This document shows positions 24,880-39,100 of a stretch of DNA of 64,000 bases, one piece after another; within the stretch, counting starts at the first letter, position 1, and every line of letters starts with the position of its first letter. The notes under the pieces were generated by a model. The model ran no database searches. It saw only the letters and a list, made by a program, of their open reading frames with translations, and had not been told where the DNA came from. The translations under genes were made by a program, and so were the position numbers. Source of the DNA: Octopus sinensis (taxonomy: Eukaryota); contig NC_042997.1 of NCBI RefSeq assembly GCF_006345805.1, positions 154,628,001-154,692,000 on the forward strand, read 5' to 3'.

Positions 24880-24958
24880 GTTACACGCATCCACACACAT
24901 ACACACACACACATACACATACACAAAGGCATTCAGGCGAAGTCAAACATACATACAC

Positions 24959-24991
<33 letters not shown>

Positions 24992-25262
24992 CATGCACAC
25001 GTACACACACATACATACATACATACATACATACATGCATACATATATACATACCCACACACACACACACACACACACATACATACATACATACATACAT
25101 ACATACATACATACATACATACATACATACATACATACATACATACATACATACATACATACATACATACATACACATACATACATACATACATACATAC
25201 ATACATACATACATACATACATACAAACATACATACATACATACAAACATACATACACACAC
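24880..25262. repeat. Long (TACA)n/(CA)n microsatellite
   Basis: Direct reading; explains ORF 24660-25337. Confidence 0.95.
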
Positions 25263-25799
25263 GTATTTACACAAATATACACTCACATGCATACGTGTTT
25301 GTGTTTGTTTTGGGGGAATATTTCTATGTCAACATAGCGACAATTACAACAGCAGTGGTGGTTTTGGTAGTGGTGGTGGTGGTGGTGGTGGTGAAGAAGG
25401 ACTAGGAGGAGGACGAGGAGAGTGGTGGTAGTGGTGGTGATGTTGGTGATGATGTAGAATATGAAGATGAAGTTGAGGAAGAAGACAATTTTGATGATGA
25501 TGAATATGATGATGAATATGATGATGGCGAATAGGATGATGGTGGGGGGGGGGGGCAAGATTGTATAATTGTGTAATAATGATAATTACTGTTGTTGTTT
25601 AGGTTCATGTTACTTCTGATCAAGCAGATTTACCTTAAAAAGACGTTCCAACCATGACCATCTAAAAATACATCATCGTGTATTATCTGTCACGATTTGC
25701 AGGAGATCCCGCTGCTATTTTTTGCAAGGTGGTGCCACATAGAGCTTTCTTTGTTGGATCGATGCGGTAATGAGTGCTTTGTTAATGAAAATAAAATCC

Positions 25800-25950
25800 T
25801 TTCTTGACCCCAGTGCGTATCTGGTATTTAATTTATCGACCCCAAAAGGATGAAAGGCAAAGTCGACCTCGGCGGAATTTGAACTCAGAACGTAGCGGTA
25901 GACGAAATACCGCTAAGCATTTCACCGACCTTGCTAACGATTATGCCAGC
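25800..25950 (-). mobile_element. SINE family A fragment
   Basis: Match to the family A body; inverted relative to the copy at 26159. Confidence 0.8.
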
Positions 25951-26158
25951 TTTAATAATAATAATGATGATGGGGATGGAAAGATTAGTGTTGATGAGGA
26001 GTGCAATGATGATGATGATGAGAAAGATAATGATGGTGAGAGTGTCTCTAATGATGATGATGATGATGATGGTGGCGGTGGTGATAGTGGTGGTTGTCGT
26101 CGTCGTGGCATTGTCGATTGGCGTCATCGTCATTGCGATAATCTACATTTGATCATAA

Positions 26159-26880
26159 GGCGGCGAGCTGGCTGAAACGTTAGCACGCCGGGCGAAATGC
26201 GTAGCCGTATTTCGTCTGCTGTTACGTTCTGAGTTCAAATTCCGCCGAGGTCGACTTTACCTTTCATCTTTTCGGGGGTCGATTAAATAAGTACCAGTTA
26301 TGCTCTAGTGTCGATATAATCGACTAAATCCGTTTGTCTGTCCTTGTTTGTCCTCTCTGTGTTTAGCGCCTTGTGGGTAGTAAAGAAATAGGTATTTCGT
26401 CTGTCTTTACGTTCTTGCTGACCTTATAACCAAAATTTGAAACCAATACTTCTATTGCTCTTTGTCTGCACGCCGGTCGGAATGCTTAGCGGTATTTTGT
26501 CTGCTGTTACGTTCTGAGTTCAAATTCCGCCGAGGTCGTCTTTGCCTTTCATCCTTTCGGAGGGAGATGAATTAAGTACCAGTTATGCACTGGAGTCGAT
26601 GTAATCGACATAATCCCTTTGTCTGTCCTTGTTTGCCCCCACTATGTTTAGCCCCTTGTGGGCAATAAAGAAATAAGAAACATTATCACGCTGGGCGAAA
26701 TGCATAACGTTATTTCGTCTGTCTTTACGTTCTAAGTTCAAGTTCCCCCGAGGTCGTCTTTGCCTTTCATCCATTCGGGGTCGATGAATTAAGTACCAGT
26801 TGCGTAATGGAGTCGATACGATCGACTGGACCCCTCCCCCAAAAGTTCGGACTTTGAGCCAAGAATAGAAAAGAATCTAC
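26159..26880 (+). mobile_element. SINE family A cluster/multimer
   Basis: Head at 26159, body restarts at 26392 and again after about 26670. Confidence 0.85.
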
Positions 26881-27162
26881 TGTTGATCCATACTTTTCAG
26901 TGTATGTAAACACTCGTATGCATTTTATTTGCACCTACACATACATACACATACAAGTGCACATACATACCTAGTGATGCATGCACATACAAGAACATGT
27001 ACACACAGGCACTCATATACACTCGCTCACAAACACAAACAGAAACACGTGCGTATATAGAGTAGTATGTTGTTAGCAGTGTTCGTGCGACCTTGTTGCC
27101 GCATGCGTTTGTATATGCCAATGTCTGAGCGGAACGGGATCTCCCCTCACTCACTCACTCAC

Positions 27163-27228
<66 letters not shown>

Positions 27229-27299
27229 CATATGTGTTTGTGTGAGTGTGTGTATGCGTGTGTTTGTATCCATATGAGTGTGCATATTTGTGCATTTTT

Positions 27300-27512
27300 T
27301 TTAATTTTTTTTTTTTTGTACTTGTTTCAGTCATTTGACTGCGGCCATGCTGGAGCACCGCCTTTAGAGTACAGCAGGGATCACCACCTCCTGCCGGAGC
27401 CTCGTGGAGCTTTTAGGTGTTTTTTTCGCTCAATAAACACACACAACGCCCGGTCTGGGAATCGAAACCGCGATCCTCCGACCGCAAGTCCGCTGCCCTA
27501 ACCACTAGGCCA
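27300..27512 (-). mobile_element. Composite: family C head (27365-27512) joined to a family B tail (27300-27365)
   Basis: rc TGGCCTAGTGGTTAGGGCAGCGGAC...GGTTTCGATTCCCAGACCGGGCG directly abuts AAAGGCGGTGCTCCAGCATGGCC. Confidence 0.7.
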
Positions 27513-27949
27513 TGTTTTTATGTATATGTGTGTGCATGCGTGTTTGTGTGCTTGTGCGTGCGTGAATATACCTTGTATGCATGTGTTTGACCATGTGCAT
27601 GTCTGCAAGTGCAAAACGGCAGTTGCGCAGAGAGAAGATGAAGAAGTAGGAAGAGGAGATGATGATGATGCTGGTGATGCTGGCGACGGTGGTGGCGGTG
27701 ATAGTGGTGGTAGTGGTGGTGATAGTTGGGGTGAAGGAGGAGGAAGCAGAGGAATATGTGGTAGGAGCCAAGACCGGATATAATCATTAGTGACGTGTTG
27801 ATTGCGAAGTAAAACGAGTGGGAGAGAGCTCGATACGATTGACTGAGAATGACAGGTGAAGCGTGGATTGTTGTTGTTGCAGTTCTTCTAATTGTCATCG
27901 TCGTCGTCGTAGCAGACCACGTGTTTTTTTTGTTTGTTTTTTTATATTT

Positions 27950-28350
27950 AAGTCTCTTTTACCGTTTACCTCTTTTGGTCATTAGGCTGCAGCCATGCTG
28001 GGGCATCTCCTTGAAGGTTTTTTTAGTTGAATGACTAAACTCCAATACTAGTTTTGTTTTTGTTTTTTTTCTTTTTAAGCCTAGCACTTATTCAGTCGCA
28101 TCCCTTTGCTAGACCGCTAGGTTTCCTTACAGGGACATAAACCCGCGAACACCGGCTATCAAGCGGTGGCAGGGGAACAAGCACACACACGCGCGGGCGC
28201 ACAGCTTCTTTCAGTTTCCGTCTACCAAATCCACTCACAAGGCTTTGGTCGACCCGAGGCTCTAGAAAAGACTCTTGCCCAAGGTTCCACGCAGTAGGAC
28301 TAAACTCGGAATCATGTGGCAAGCTTCTTACTACACACCCATGCCTGCAC
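27950..28350 (-). mobile_element. SINE family B
   Basis: Near-full-length diverged copy. Confidence 0.8.
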
Positions 28351-29278
28351 CTCTAATCAGTTTTGATGGAGTTACCATAGGATCAACCCTAATTCAAACG
28401 TAGCCATTCCTTTTTTTGTATATACCAGCAACCACATTATCTAACGTAACGTAGTCTTTATATTTTTAAGATACCACGGTATTGCGTTCTTTCTTGGTGG
28501 TCGAGTTATCATTTATTAGTCGGCTCCCTCGTTGGTTACGTGCACCGAATGTCTAAAAAGTTCGCTAGTAATCGTGAGGTTCTGGTTCATTATCCCACCG
28601 CGTGACGTTTTGGACAAGTGTCTTTTATCATAACGTCTGGTGGACCAGAGCTTTGTGAGAAACTGTGTGGAAGCCCATCGGTTGGATTTTATTTGTAATT
28701 CAAAGAGTCAACCGAGTCGAATGTCATACGGCTATGTTCTGAGTATCATGTTAAAGGTAAACATGTCTTTGGAATACTCGACCACATATTCCAATGAGTA
28801 AACAATTCTGTTGATTGAACAGATGAATAGTCATCGTTGAAATTGACAAAGGATCCATCATGGTTATGTTGTGCAGGCTTGGGAGAAGATAATATAGAGG
28901 GGCTGGTGGTAGGTGAGTAGGTCGAAAAGCAAACGAGGTGGTCAGTAGTAAGTATAAGTGGTAGAGAGTGTGGGTAGGTAGAAATACGGGTGTACATAAG
29001 GATAAGTAGATTGTTTGATAACTGGGTCGGTGGGTGAATAGAAAGGACGGTAGCTAGGTAGAGGAGAAAATGGGCAAGTTGTTTGATTGGGTAGGTAGGT
29101 AGGTAGGCAGGCAGATAAATATTTTGTTTGGTAGGATCAGGGTATACGTTCATGTATGTACATAAGTGTGTATGTATGTACATTTGCATGAATGTAGCTA
29201 TGCATAATGCATGGATATATTTGTGTGTGTGTATGTATGTATGTATGTATGGATGGATGGATGGATGGATGTAGATTA

Positions 29279-30147
29279 TGTAAACCCGGTCACTTATGAG
29301 GCTCTCATAAGTGCTACTGGTAACATGAAATCCAGTACAACCTGTTGCATAGTCGGATTGTCGGTGATTAAACCGGCACCCCAACGAGGCTAGCTTGGTG
29401 AGGAGGGTTGCTGAAAACCCAGCAGGATTACAGACAAGACATGTTGAAAGATCGGATGAACCTAGTGCAGGCTCAACGGCTATCTAGCAATAGCACGGGT
29501 ATGCAGAAATTCTGGGATGGTGTCCGGCTTGCTAGAATACCGCTAGGAGTGAGGCAACCTTCAGCTTTTGTTGAAGTATCTTTAGGAGAAGGTCACTCCT
29601 ATAAAACCAGATATCCAAGGAATGGCATTGGACATTTTGAGGATCTTTGGTTTGTGCTAGAGTTCATGGCGCTCCCACATCCCTGAGCCTGCGACTCATA
29701 TTGGCACCAGACATCTCGCTCTGGCTTATCTCTGGATAATGTCAATAGAGTACATAGGTTCTACGAGGTGTTGTGCAAGCCTTATTGGACCTAAAACTCT
29801 GCACAGACATTGCTGACCTCTGCTCGATATGTGCTGCCCCCACCCCCGCTATATATATTTATTTTATTTTCAGTATATATATCTAGCAGGTTAAAGAGGG
29901 GGTTGACACCTTTTGGAAGAGCACAATTTGATTATGAAGAATTTAAGCGTGCTGCTCGAAAGCGCACTGCTAGCGTAGGGATTAGGGAAAGCTTGGTTTG
30001 CAACGTTTGGAATTGTGTATGCTTGTCAAGAGCAGGGCTCAATAGCCACCGTCGGAGCCGCAAGTGCAAAATATAAGTTAGTGCTAGAGTGGACAATGTT
30101 CCTAAAGGTCAGTAATGGTCTTTCTCGGTCACGAATGGACGGCCATC
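29279..30147 (+). mobile_element. Internally deleted (bipartite) RTE element with target-site duplication
   Basis: RTE-like 5' leader (TAGGAGAAGGTCACTCCTATAAAACC) joined to the ORF C-terminus VKEGVDTF..RAARKR..CNV.NCVCLSRAGLNSHRRSRKC and 3' end ATGGTCTTTCTCGGTCACGAATGGACGGCCATC; direct repeat ATGTAGATTA at 29269-29278 and 30148-30157. Confidence 0.7.
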
Positions 30148-30451
30148 ATGTAGATTACGAGGAAGGTTAATAGTAGAGATGTATGTATGTATTAAAATAT
30201 ATGTATAAATCCGCACGTATGTATGTATTTTGTGCGTATACATATATGCACTTATGTTTGCATGCACGTATACATGCATGTATGTGCTAAAATGTATGTA
30301 TGTATGTATGTATGTATGGATGGATGGATGGATGGATGGATGGATATAAGTAGGTAAGTAGATAGTTTGATCGGTAAAAAGTCATGATTAGTAGGTAAAT
30401 TGGTAGGTGGTAAGTGGATGAATTGGGTTATAGATGGGTTAGAAGTAGGCG

Positions 30452-30527
<76 letters not shown>

Positions 30528-30944
30528 TGTAGGAAGATAAGTAGGTAACACGGGAGGTAAATGTAGACATACATTTAGGTCGGTTGATAGGTAAATAGGT
30601 TTACATAAACTGCCAATTAAATTCCTGCTGCAAAAGGAAGTACCTAAACTCACCGGCTTGTCTAGGTAGTATGTACTTGACTTTTTCTTTTCTTTTCTTT
30701 TTCTTCTTTTTTTTTCTTTTAGAGTATGGCTTGTTTGCAGATAGGGTGAAAAGAGAGGGGTTTTTAGTTGGAACAGACTGGGTTAGGTATCCTGCTGAAG
30801 ATTTTATCCCCTCCCCTACTTCCTGAATTCCATTGCATCATCCTTTGGAATTTGGGGTTGACGGGTTAGAAGGGAGAAAGGAAAGCTAGAAGGGGAAAAG
30901 AACTGAAAAGCGGAAGGGATGGATAATTATATTTCCTTATATTG

Positions 30945-32600
30945 ACACAAATATGAAGGCAAGCTGGTTGGATCGAGAGCACTTCGGACAACGTACTTTA
31001 CGGCATTTCTTTTGGATCTTTACGTTCTAAGTTCAAATTCCGCCGTGATCGACTTTATTTTTATTTCTTCGGGATCGATAAAAATAAGTACCAGTTGGGT
31101 ATTGGGGGAAGGGGTAAACCCCTTACCTCCCCCGCTGAAATCGCTGGCCAATTTGCATAAGCGATTAGACGAATAGCCTCGTTGTTAGGTATGTTAGATT
31201 GACAATCATTAAGTCATCGGTTCGATTCTCAGAGAGGGTGTTCACGTTGCTCCCCTCTACTCAATGGAAAATGGCAGCTGAGCCTAACCCTGCAATGAAC
31301 TAGCACCCCATTCAAAAGGAAATGTTTTACTCTCAGTTGCCAATACATCTTGCAAATCCGGTTTCATGTCCATGTGGGCTCGAAGCAGATTTCTTTTCCT
31401 TTAGTACTTTACAGAGAAAGAGGGAGAGAAATGTGTTTAAGTAAAGCCGAAAATAAAATAAAATGAAAAGTAATCGGCATCACAATTTGAGCGCAAAACG
31501 TCAAATATAGATATATGTTTCAACAACGGTATACCGGCATAATCTATGAATAAGTAGATAGAATCGATTAGATCAACTTCAGTATAATGCTGTTATTTAT
31601 CGACAAGCCAAAAAAAATTTTTTTTTTTAAATTAAAAAGTTCTAGTTTGGTAGGATTCGAACTCAAAATGTGAAATGAGGTATGTAAATATTTGTTATAA
31701 ATTTTGGCATAAGGCCGGATATTTCGAGAAGCAGGTAAATCGATTACGTCGGCCCCAGCGTTCAGCTGGTACTTATTTTATCGGTCTCGAAAGGACGAAA
31801 GGCTGAGTCGGCCGCAACAGAATTTGAATTCAGAATACAAAGATGTATGAAATACCGGTAAGCATTCCGCCCGGCGTGCAGACAAAGAGCAATAGAAGTA
31901 TTGGTTTCAAATTTTGGCATTAGGCCAGCAAGTTTGGGAGAGGGGAATAGTCGATTACATAGACACCAGTGTTCAACAAGTACTTATTTTATCGACTCCG
32001 AAAGGATGAAAAGCAAAGTCGACCTTGGCCGAATTTGAACTCAGAACGTAAAGAAGGACGAAATGCCGTTAAGCATTCCGCTCGGCGTACTAACGAAGAG
32101 ATATGCAAATATTGATTTCATACAGTGATGCACAAATATAAATTACAGTATATTATTGGTAGTTATTTTATTAAAATCGGCAAAAGAATAAGAAAAGAAA
32201 CACCAACCTCGATAGGATTTGAACCCAAAGCATCAAGGGATCAAATTAACACCGCTGTAAGATATTTTGTTACTGGCTTTACATTCTGGGTTCAAATTTC
32301 GCCGAAATCTACTTTCCATCATTCAGTGATCGTTAGAATAAATAATTAAGCCGTTTCAGTATATGTTGTGCTCTCTGTCCTTGTTCCAAAAGTTGAAACC
32401 AGTACAAACTACTATAAAAGATGGCGAGCTGGTAGAATCGTTTGCAAGGACAATAATGCTTAGCCAGCAGTTCTTCTAGCTTTACATTCTGAGCTCAGAT
32501 TCCGCCGAGGTCAACTTTGCCTTTTGATCTTCTCGGCGTCGATAAAATAAGTCCCAGTTGAGCACTACATTCGATATAATTTATTTGCTCCCTCCTACAT
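30945..32600. mobile_element. Cluster of degenerate family A-related SINEs in both orientations
   Basis: Plus copies near 30945-31150 and 32420-32600; minus copies near 31690-32100. Confidence 0.65.
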
Positions 32601-33634
32601 ACTTTCAGGTCATATGTCTATAGTAGAAGGTAAAAAGATATATAAAATGTGTCTAAACTAAGTACCAGTGATATACTGAGGCAGGTTTTTTATCGATTGT
32701 TCCCACCCTATAAAAACTTGCAACAATGTAGCGAGCTTAGAAATCATTATTGATTTCAAATTCCTCCGATTTTGGCATTGCGTTTCAACATCCTGGGTTC
32801 GATAATGTAAGCATCAGCCAGATGCTGAGGTTGATTTCATTGACATTTGACTTTTTCCAAAAATGTCTGGCCAAGTGAAACTGTTGTTGTTGTTATTATT
32901 TAACCCTAGGTCAGCCCTGATTGGGTAGAATTACGATCTAAGGCTTTTTAGTCACGACCAGCCCATCTCTTTTTAAGGTATAATGTATCCTTCATACACA
33001 CATCTTCCGTCTTTAAGAGGGAGATTTGGTTGCTGTTTCTAGCATATTTTACAACCACGTAGGCTCTCCCTCGTTGTGTCATTGTCCTTCTATTTTAACA
33101 ACAGTGTTGGTGGCACAATCGGTACCCCTCCACCCGCAAACGAAATATTTTCGGCTGTTCACACTCGAATTCTACCACAAACAAGTTCGGATTCTATCAC
33201 AAATAACTTATTTTATTTTATTTTTCACGATAAAATAATGTACCAATCAAGTGCTGAGATAAATTTAATCGATTATGTCCTTCCCTTAAATTCAACTTAA
33301 ATTTTGTACGATATTGAACTTAGAATTTAGTTGTTTGTTATTTCAAACAATATAAATTGGATTTATTATACACATATATTCTTACAATGACATGTTTTCA
33401 CCATTTTAAACACTTGTTTTTTTTAATACCTAAAATTCAATATTATTATTATTATTACTTTTATTATTAATAGTATTATGAATATTATTCAATAAAGGTG
33501 GAGAACTGGCAGAATAGTGAGCAAATCGGACAAAATTATCAATAGCTCTTTATACTCTGGGTTCAAATTTCGCCAAGGTCGACTTCGCTTTTCAGGGTCG
33601 ATGAAATTATGTACCAGTCATTATATATATTTAA

Positions 33635-34200
33635 GGCGGCGAGCTGGCAGAAACGTTAGCACGCCGGGCGAAATGTGTAGCCGTATTTCGTCTGCCAATA
33701 CGTTCTAAGTTCAAATTCCGCCGAGGTCGACTTTGCCTTTCATCCTTTCGGCGTCGATAAATTAAGTATCAGTAACGCACTGGGGTCGATTTAATCGACT
33801 TAATCCGCTTGTCTGTCCTTGTTTGTCCTCTCTGTGTTTAGCCCCTTGTGGGTAGTAATGAAATAGGTATTTCGTCTGCCGCTACGTTCTGAGTTCAAAT
33901 TCCTCCGAGGTCAACTTTGCCTTTCATCCTTTCGGGGTCGATAAATTAAGTATAGGTTACACACTGAGGTCGATGTAATCGACTTAATCCGTTTGTCTGT
34001 TCTTGTTTGCCCCCTCTATGTTTAGCCCCTTGTGGGCAATAAATAAATAAGAATCGTTAGTATGCGGGGCAAAAGACTTAGCAACAGCAGCAGTTCGTTC
34101 GTCTTCACGTTCTGCGTTCAAATTCCGCCAAGGTCGACTATGCTTGAACGCTGGGGTCAATATAATCGACTATTCCCTCCCCCGAAACTACTGGCCTTGT
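33635..34200 (+). mobile_element. SINE family A multimer
   Basis: Head at 33635; GTATTTCGTCTG at 33683 and 33867 (184-bp period); third partial unit after 34050. Confidence 0.9.
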
Positions 34201-34619
34201 GCTGAAATTTGAAATCAATATTACTTTTATTTAGAAAACGAAGGAAGAAGAAGAAATCATGTTAAATCCGAGGAATTATAACAATAGTAGAAAACAATTT
34301 TAAATCACAACAATAAAAAAAAGTTAACGTGGTGGCGGTGGAGGTCGGAGGTAGATATTGAGTCGAAAGTGTCAGGGTGGAAAGGAAGTTATGAATTCAT
34401 AATAAAGTTGCAAAAATGTCAATTGAAGAATCAATTCAATAGAGTCTTCTTATCGGTAGAATAATTTTGGTAGTGCACCGAGATACCCGTAAGCAATGCA
34501 ACAGTGTTACAGTGCACCGAGAAAGAAATGTGTGCTTGTGTGTTTGTGTATAGTGTATTTACACTGCTTTATACCATATATACATATATACGTGTGTGTC
34601 TGTGTGTGTGTGTGTTTTG

Positions 34620-34713
34620 TTGTAGCCCCAGGCCGACCAAAGCCTTATGAGTGGATTTGGTAGACAGAAAATGAAAGAAGCCAGTCCTGAATGTATACAC
34701 ACGTGTATATCTA

Positions 34714-34769
<56 letters not shown>

Positions 34770-34968
34770 GTGTGTGTGTGTGCGTGTGTAGTGTAGTGTG
34801 TGTGTGTGTGTGCGTATGTAGTGTGTCTGTGTGTGTGTGTGTCTTCTGTTATAGCCCTAGGCCGACCAAAGCTTTATGAGTGGATTTGTTAGACGGAAAC
34901 TGAAAGAAGCCAGTCCTGGATATATACGCACGTATACATATGTGTGTGTGTATGTGTGTATGTGTGTG

Positions 34969-35001
<33 letters not shown>

Positions 35002-35235
35002 TTTGCGTTTTCGTTTGTTTCACCATCACCACCACCACCGCTTGACAACCTGTGTTGATTTCTTTACTTTCGTGTAACCTAGCGGTTCGGCAAAAATAAG
35101 CCGATAGAATTAATATTATGCTTTAACACAAGTAAATAAATAAATTGTAAAAGTAGTGGGATCATTTCGTTCGACTGAAACCCTTCAAGGTGGTGCTCCA
35201 GCATGGCCGTAGTCAAATGACTGAAACTAAAAGAT
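34620..35235 (+). mobile_element. SINE family B with a locally duplicated body segment
   Basis: TAGCCC(C/T)AGGCCGACCAAAGC...GAAAGAAGCCAGTCCTG near 34622 and 34851; tail ends near 35235. Confidence 0.8.
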
Positions 35236-35241
35236 AGATGA

Positions 35242-35289
35242 AAGGTATACATACACATGTCGTGCATATATACATGCATATAACCGATA

Positions 35290-35384
<95 letters not shown>

Positions 35385-35393
35385 CACACACAC

Positions 35394-35463
<70 letters not shown>

Positions 35464-35511
35464 TATCGGTTATATGCATGTATATATGCACGACATGTGT
35501 ATGTATACCTT
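35242..35511. repeat. About 270-bp palindrome centred on a (TA)n run
   Basis: Outer roughly 57 bp (AAGGTATACATACACATGTCGTGCATATATACATGCATATAACCGATATATATGTGT) are a perfect inverted repeat; inner microsatellites are mirrored. Confidence 0.9.
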
Positions 35512-35692
35512 GTGTATATATATATATACACACACACACAACACACATACATACGCACACATATAAATATACATATACATATATACTATGAATGTATATT
35601 GTTTCTTATATACTCATATATTAATACACTTTTGTATACATACAAATTATAAATAAATAAATCTAATATATCTAATCTATATACCTACCTAC

Positions 35693-35826
<134 letters not shown>

Positions 35827-36358
35827 GTATGTCTGTTTGTCTATCCATGTATCTACTTATCTATGTGCTATCACATTTTCTATCTCTGTGTCTACTTCTC
35901 CGCAACTAGTTTTCTACCAATATTATCCTTTAGAACACAAAAAGCTATCTACCTATCAAGTTTTTGCTAGCCTCACTAAATGCCAGCCTTGAATGAGCTA
36001 ACATATGATGACAACATTGCAACCGTAATCAAATTGCTAGTTTTATATATTAAATAAAAAATAATTTTAGTTTCTTCTTTCCGACAGACGACATTTTCCA
36101 ACGTGTCCCTTTTTGTTCAAGAAGATACAGGGTCTGATGGAGAAATTTGTTGCTAATTCTTACAGGTCGAACAACCTCGTAGCGTCTCCTCGTTCATTGA
36201 TTTGTCAGGCTAAGAAACAGTTTGTATATTCGCTGTGTGTGTGTGTGTGTATACATGAACTATTTTCAAACTGCTTCGGAAATAAGGATATACACAGATA
36301 TTGATCAACTGTGTGTCTTTCTATCTGTCTATCTGTCTGACTACGGTCTGTCTATCCG

Positions 36359-36442
<84 letters not shown>

Positions 36443-36483
36443 ATCTATCTATCTATCTATCTATCTACTTCTCCCTTCTCCGT

Positions 36484-36561
<78 letters not shown>

Positions 36562-36708
36562 GGCAATTCGTCAACACATGCACACACGTACAACTTCAAG
36601 CGCACAATATTTTAACGTTTGAAACCTTAACACATATCCGTATACATACAAACATAGATACATACATACACACATACACGCACACACGCGCGCATAAATG
36701 CATTCATA

Positions 36709-36917
36709 CGAGGCGAGTGCTGAAAAGTTCCTGGCTTTGGGTAAAAGAAAATACAGGAGGATCTGCTAATTATGATTTTATGCAACATATTCCCCTCTCA
36801 GATTCACAGACTTATTGCAGCGGTCCTTCAGCTTATCTAAGCCCTGTAAAAAAACTCGGAAGGCTGAGTCACCCGCCAAGCGTTTCCCAACACATTTAAG
36901 GTTTCACCCCCACCTCG
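36709..36917. mobile_element. Short mariner-derived non-autonomous element
   Basis: TA|CGAGGCGAGTGCTGAAAAGTTCC ... CACCCCCACCTCG|TA; mariner-like degenerate termini and TA flanks. Confidence 0.6.
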
Positions 36918-37642
36918 TATATACAGACAAACAGATAAGCGTGCATACATTCATGCTTACATAAATACAAACATCATTTTGCATGTTTGGAACCTGTATA
37001 TACGAATGTAGTTGCTCAACACGCTAGATATAGCAGCCAAATATCGTCAAATTAATACTGATCTTCTTGATTACGGACAGGACATTGAATAACATAGTTA
37101 ATGACATATCCTTAAAACAACACGGGACACTTACGGGTGAATTGATTTTGATCAGGTGTCTGTAGTTAAACGATAACACCAATAACAAGTGACTTCATCA
37201 AGGTAAAGAGGCCGTTCCTATGTGATCGCTAGACCTGTTAGAAATAGCAGCTAAATCTCAGTAAAGTCATACCTTATATTATGAACATATGATAACGTGA
37301 TCCGAAGCGCACTGTGCATAAAATGTTACAAGATTGTCATAGATGTATTTGGTTTAATCAAGAGCCATTAATGATGGGTATCAAACAATAACAACAAACA
37401 ACTAACTCCGTAAAGAACGTTATCAGAACTATCCTGCTACCTACAGAGATCTAAGTCTTTAAGCGATTATTTAGAGTGTATGGTTGCATCTGTTGAGAGT
37501 GTGAGTGAATGAGTGTAAAGTTATATTTACTGTTGTGACAAAATCACAACACAGCTCACACAAACACACACATAAATACACACACACACAGAGGCACAAC
37601 ATACATATACACAAATTCATAGAGATTGGCAGACAGATTGAC

Positions 37643-37714
<72 letters not shown>

Positions 37715-37940
37715 TGATTGATTGAATGATTGCTTGATCTATCGATCGATCGGTTGGTTGATTATTTGTTGAGTTAAATGTTCTTATCTCAGGAATATGG
37801 TTAGTGCCACCTGAAGAACTTAAAGTGCGATGTGTGAGCGCCAATATGTCTTTTAAATTAAAGTGATTCCAAGAAAATACAGTACATTTCTTCTGAAAAC
37901 ACACACACACACACAGAAGCATACATATATACATACATAA

Positions 37941-37980
<40 letters not shown>

Positions 37981-38341
37981 GCATACGTATATACATACAT
38001 AAATACACACGCACACACACACACACACACACATACACACACACACATATATATATGCGCACATACATATATACATACATATATTTCTATTTCAGTACAC
38101 ACAAACGAACGCGCGCTTAAATGAGTCAGTATGTTTGCGCGTGTATACACACGCACATCTGTAAAGAGATAATGAAAATCTAAAAATAACAGAAACTGCA
38201 TATATTATTAAACAAATACAGATAAATACACACGTGTATGATGAATCTAGTTATACATGCATATGTTTGTGTGTGCATCTGTGAAAATATATTTACATAG
38301 AAATGTTTAATATACAGCAGCACGTGCATGTTGTTACAGTA

Positions 38342-38378
<37 letters not shown>

Positions 38379-38430
38379 TAGATATACATATATGCATACA
38401 CACAACACACATATATATATATATATGTTA

Positions 38431-38526
<96 letters not shown>

Positions 38527-38549
38527 TACATATATGCATACACACACAC

Positions 38550-38606
<57 letters not shown>

Positions 38607-38621
38607 TAGATAGATAGATAT

Positions 38622-38660
<39 letters not shown>

Positions 38661-38857
38661 TAGATAGATAGATAGAGGATAGATTAGATATACATATATG
38701 CATACACATACACATGAAATTGTAATACATTATATTATATTACATTTATTATATATTACATGCGTATATGTGTGCCTCTATATATGTATATATATATACA
38801 AAACATGTTTACTCACATTTTTTTTTTCTGTGTTGTTTTTAAATCCAGTGAACTTAC

Positions 38858-39100
38858 TCCGTGTGTGTGTCGTTAATCCTTTCACAGAGTCTTTCGCTTC
38901 CAAGTTATCAACAAGTTGCAAAGAGAAGCATAGAAATATAATGTTGTGAGGGAAACAGGAAAAATCTCTCTCTGTTATTAGAGACAGATACAGCGAGTTT
39001 TCTTCAAGAACTCGCCTGTTTGTTTCTCTGGAGGTGTGCAACACTTCTCGCTTCAACAATGCGTCTTTTTGTAAAGCTGTAAACTCTCTCTCCTCCCTAC
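38858..39100 (-). other. Candidate minus-strand exon (possibly 5' UTR/first exon)
   Basis: Unique sequence with an open frame of about 85 codons ending at GGA|GTAAGT (38857); further donor-like sites at 39110 and 39100; acceptor not defined. Confidence 0.25.

Noticed and set aside
36088-36211. RHFPTCPF (BIR-like) on plus and a 46-nt exon candidate on minus
   Set aside because: Only a short motif, with conflicting splice signals and no other IAP exons nearby.
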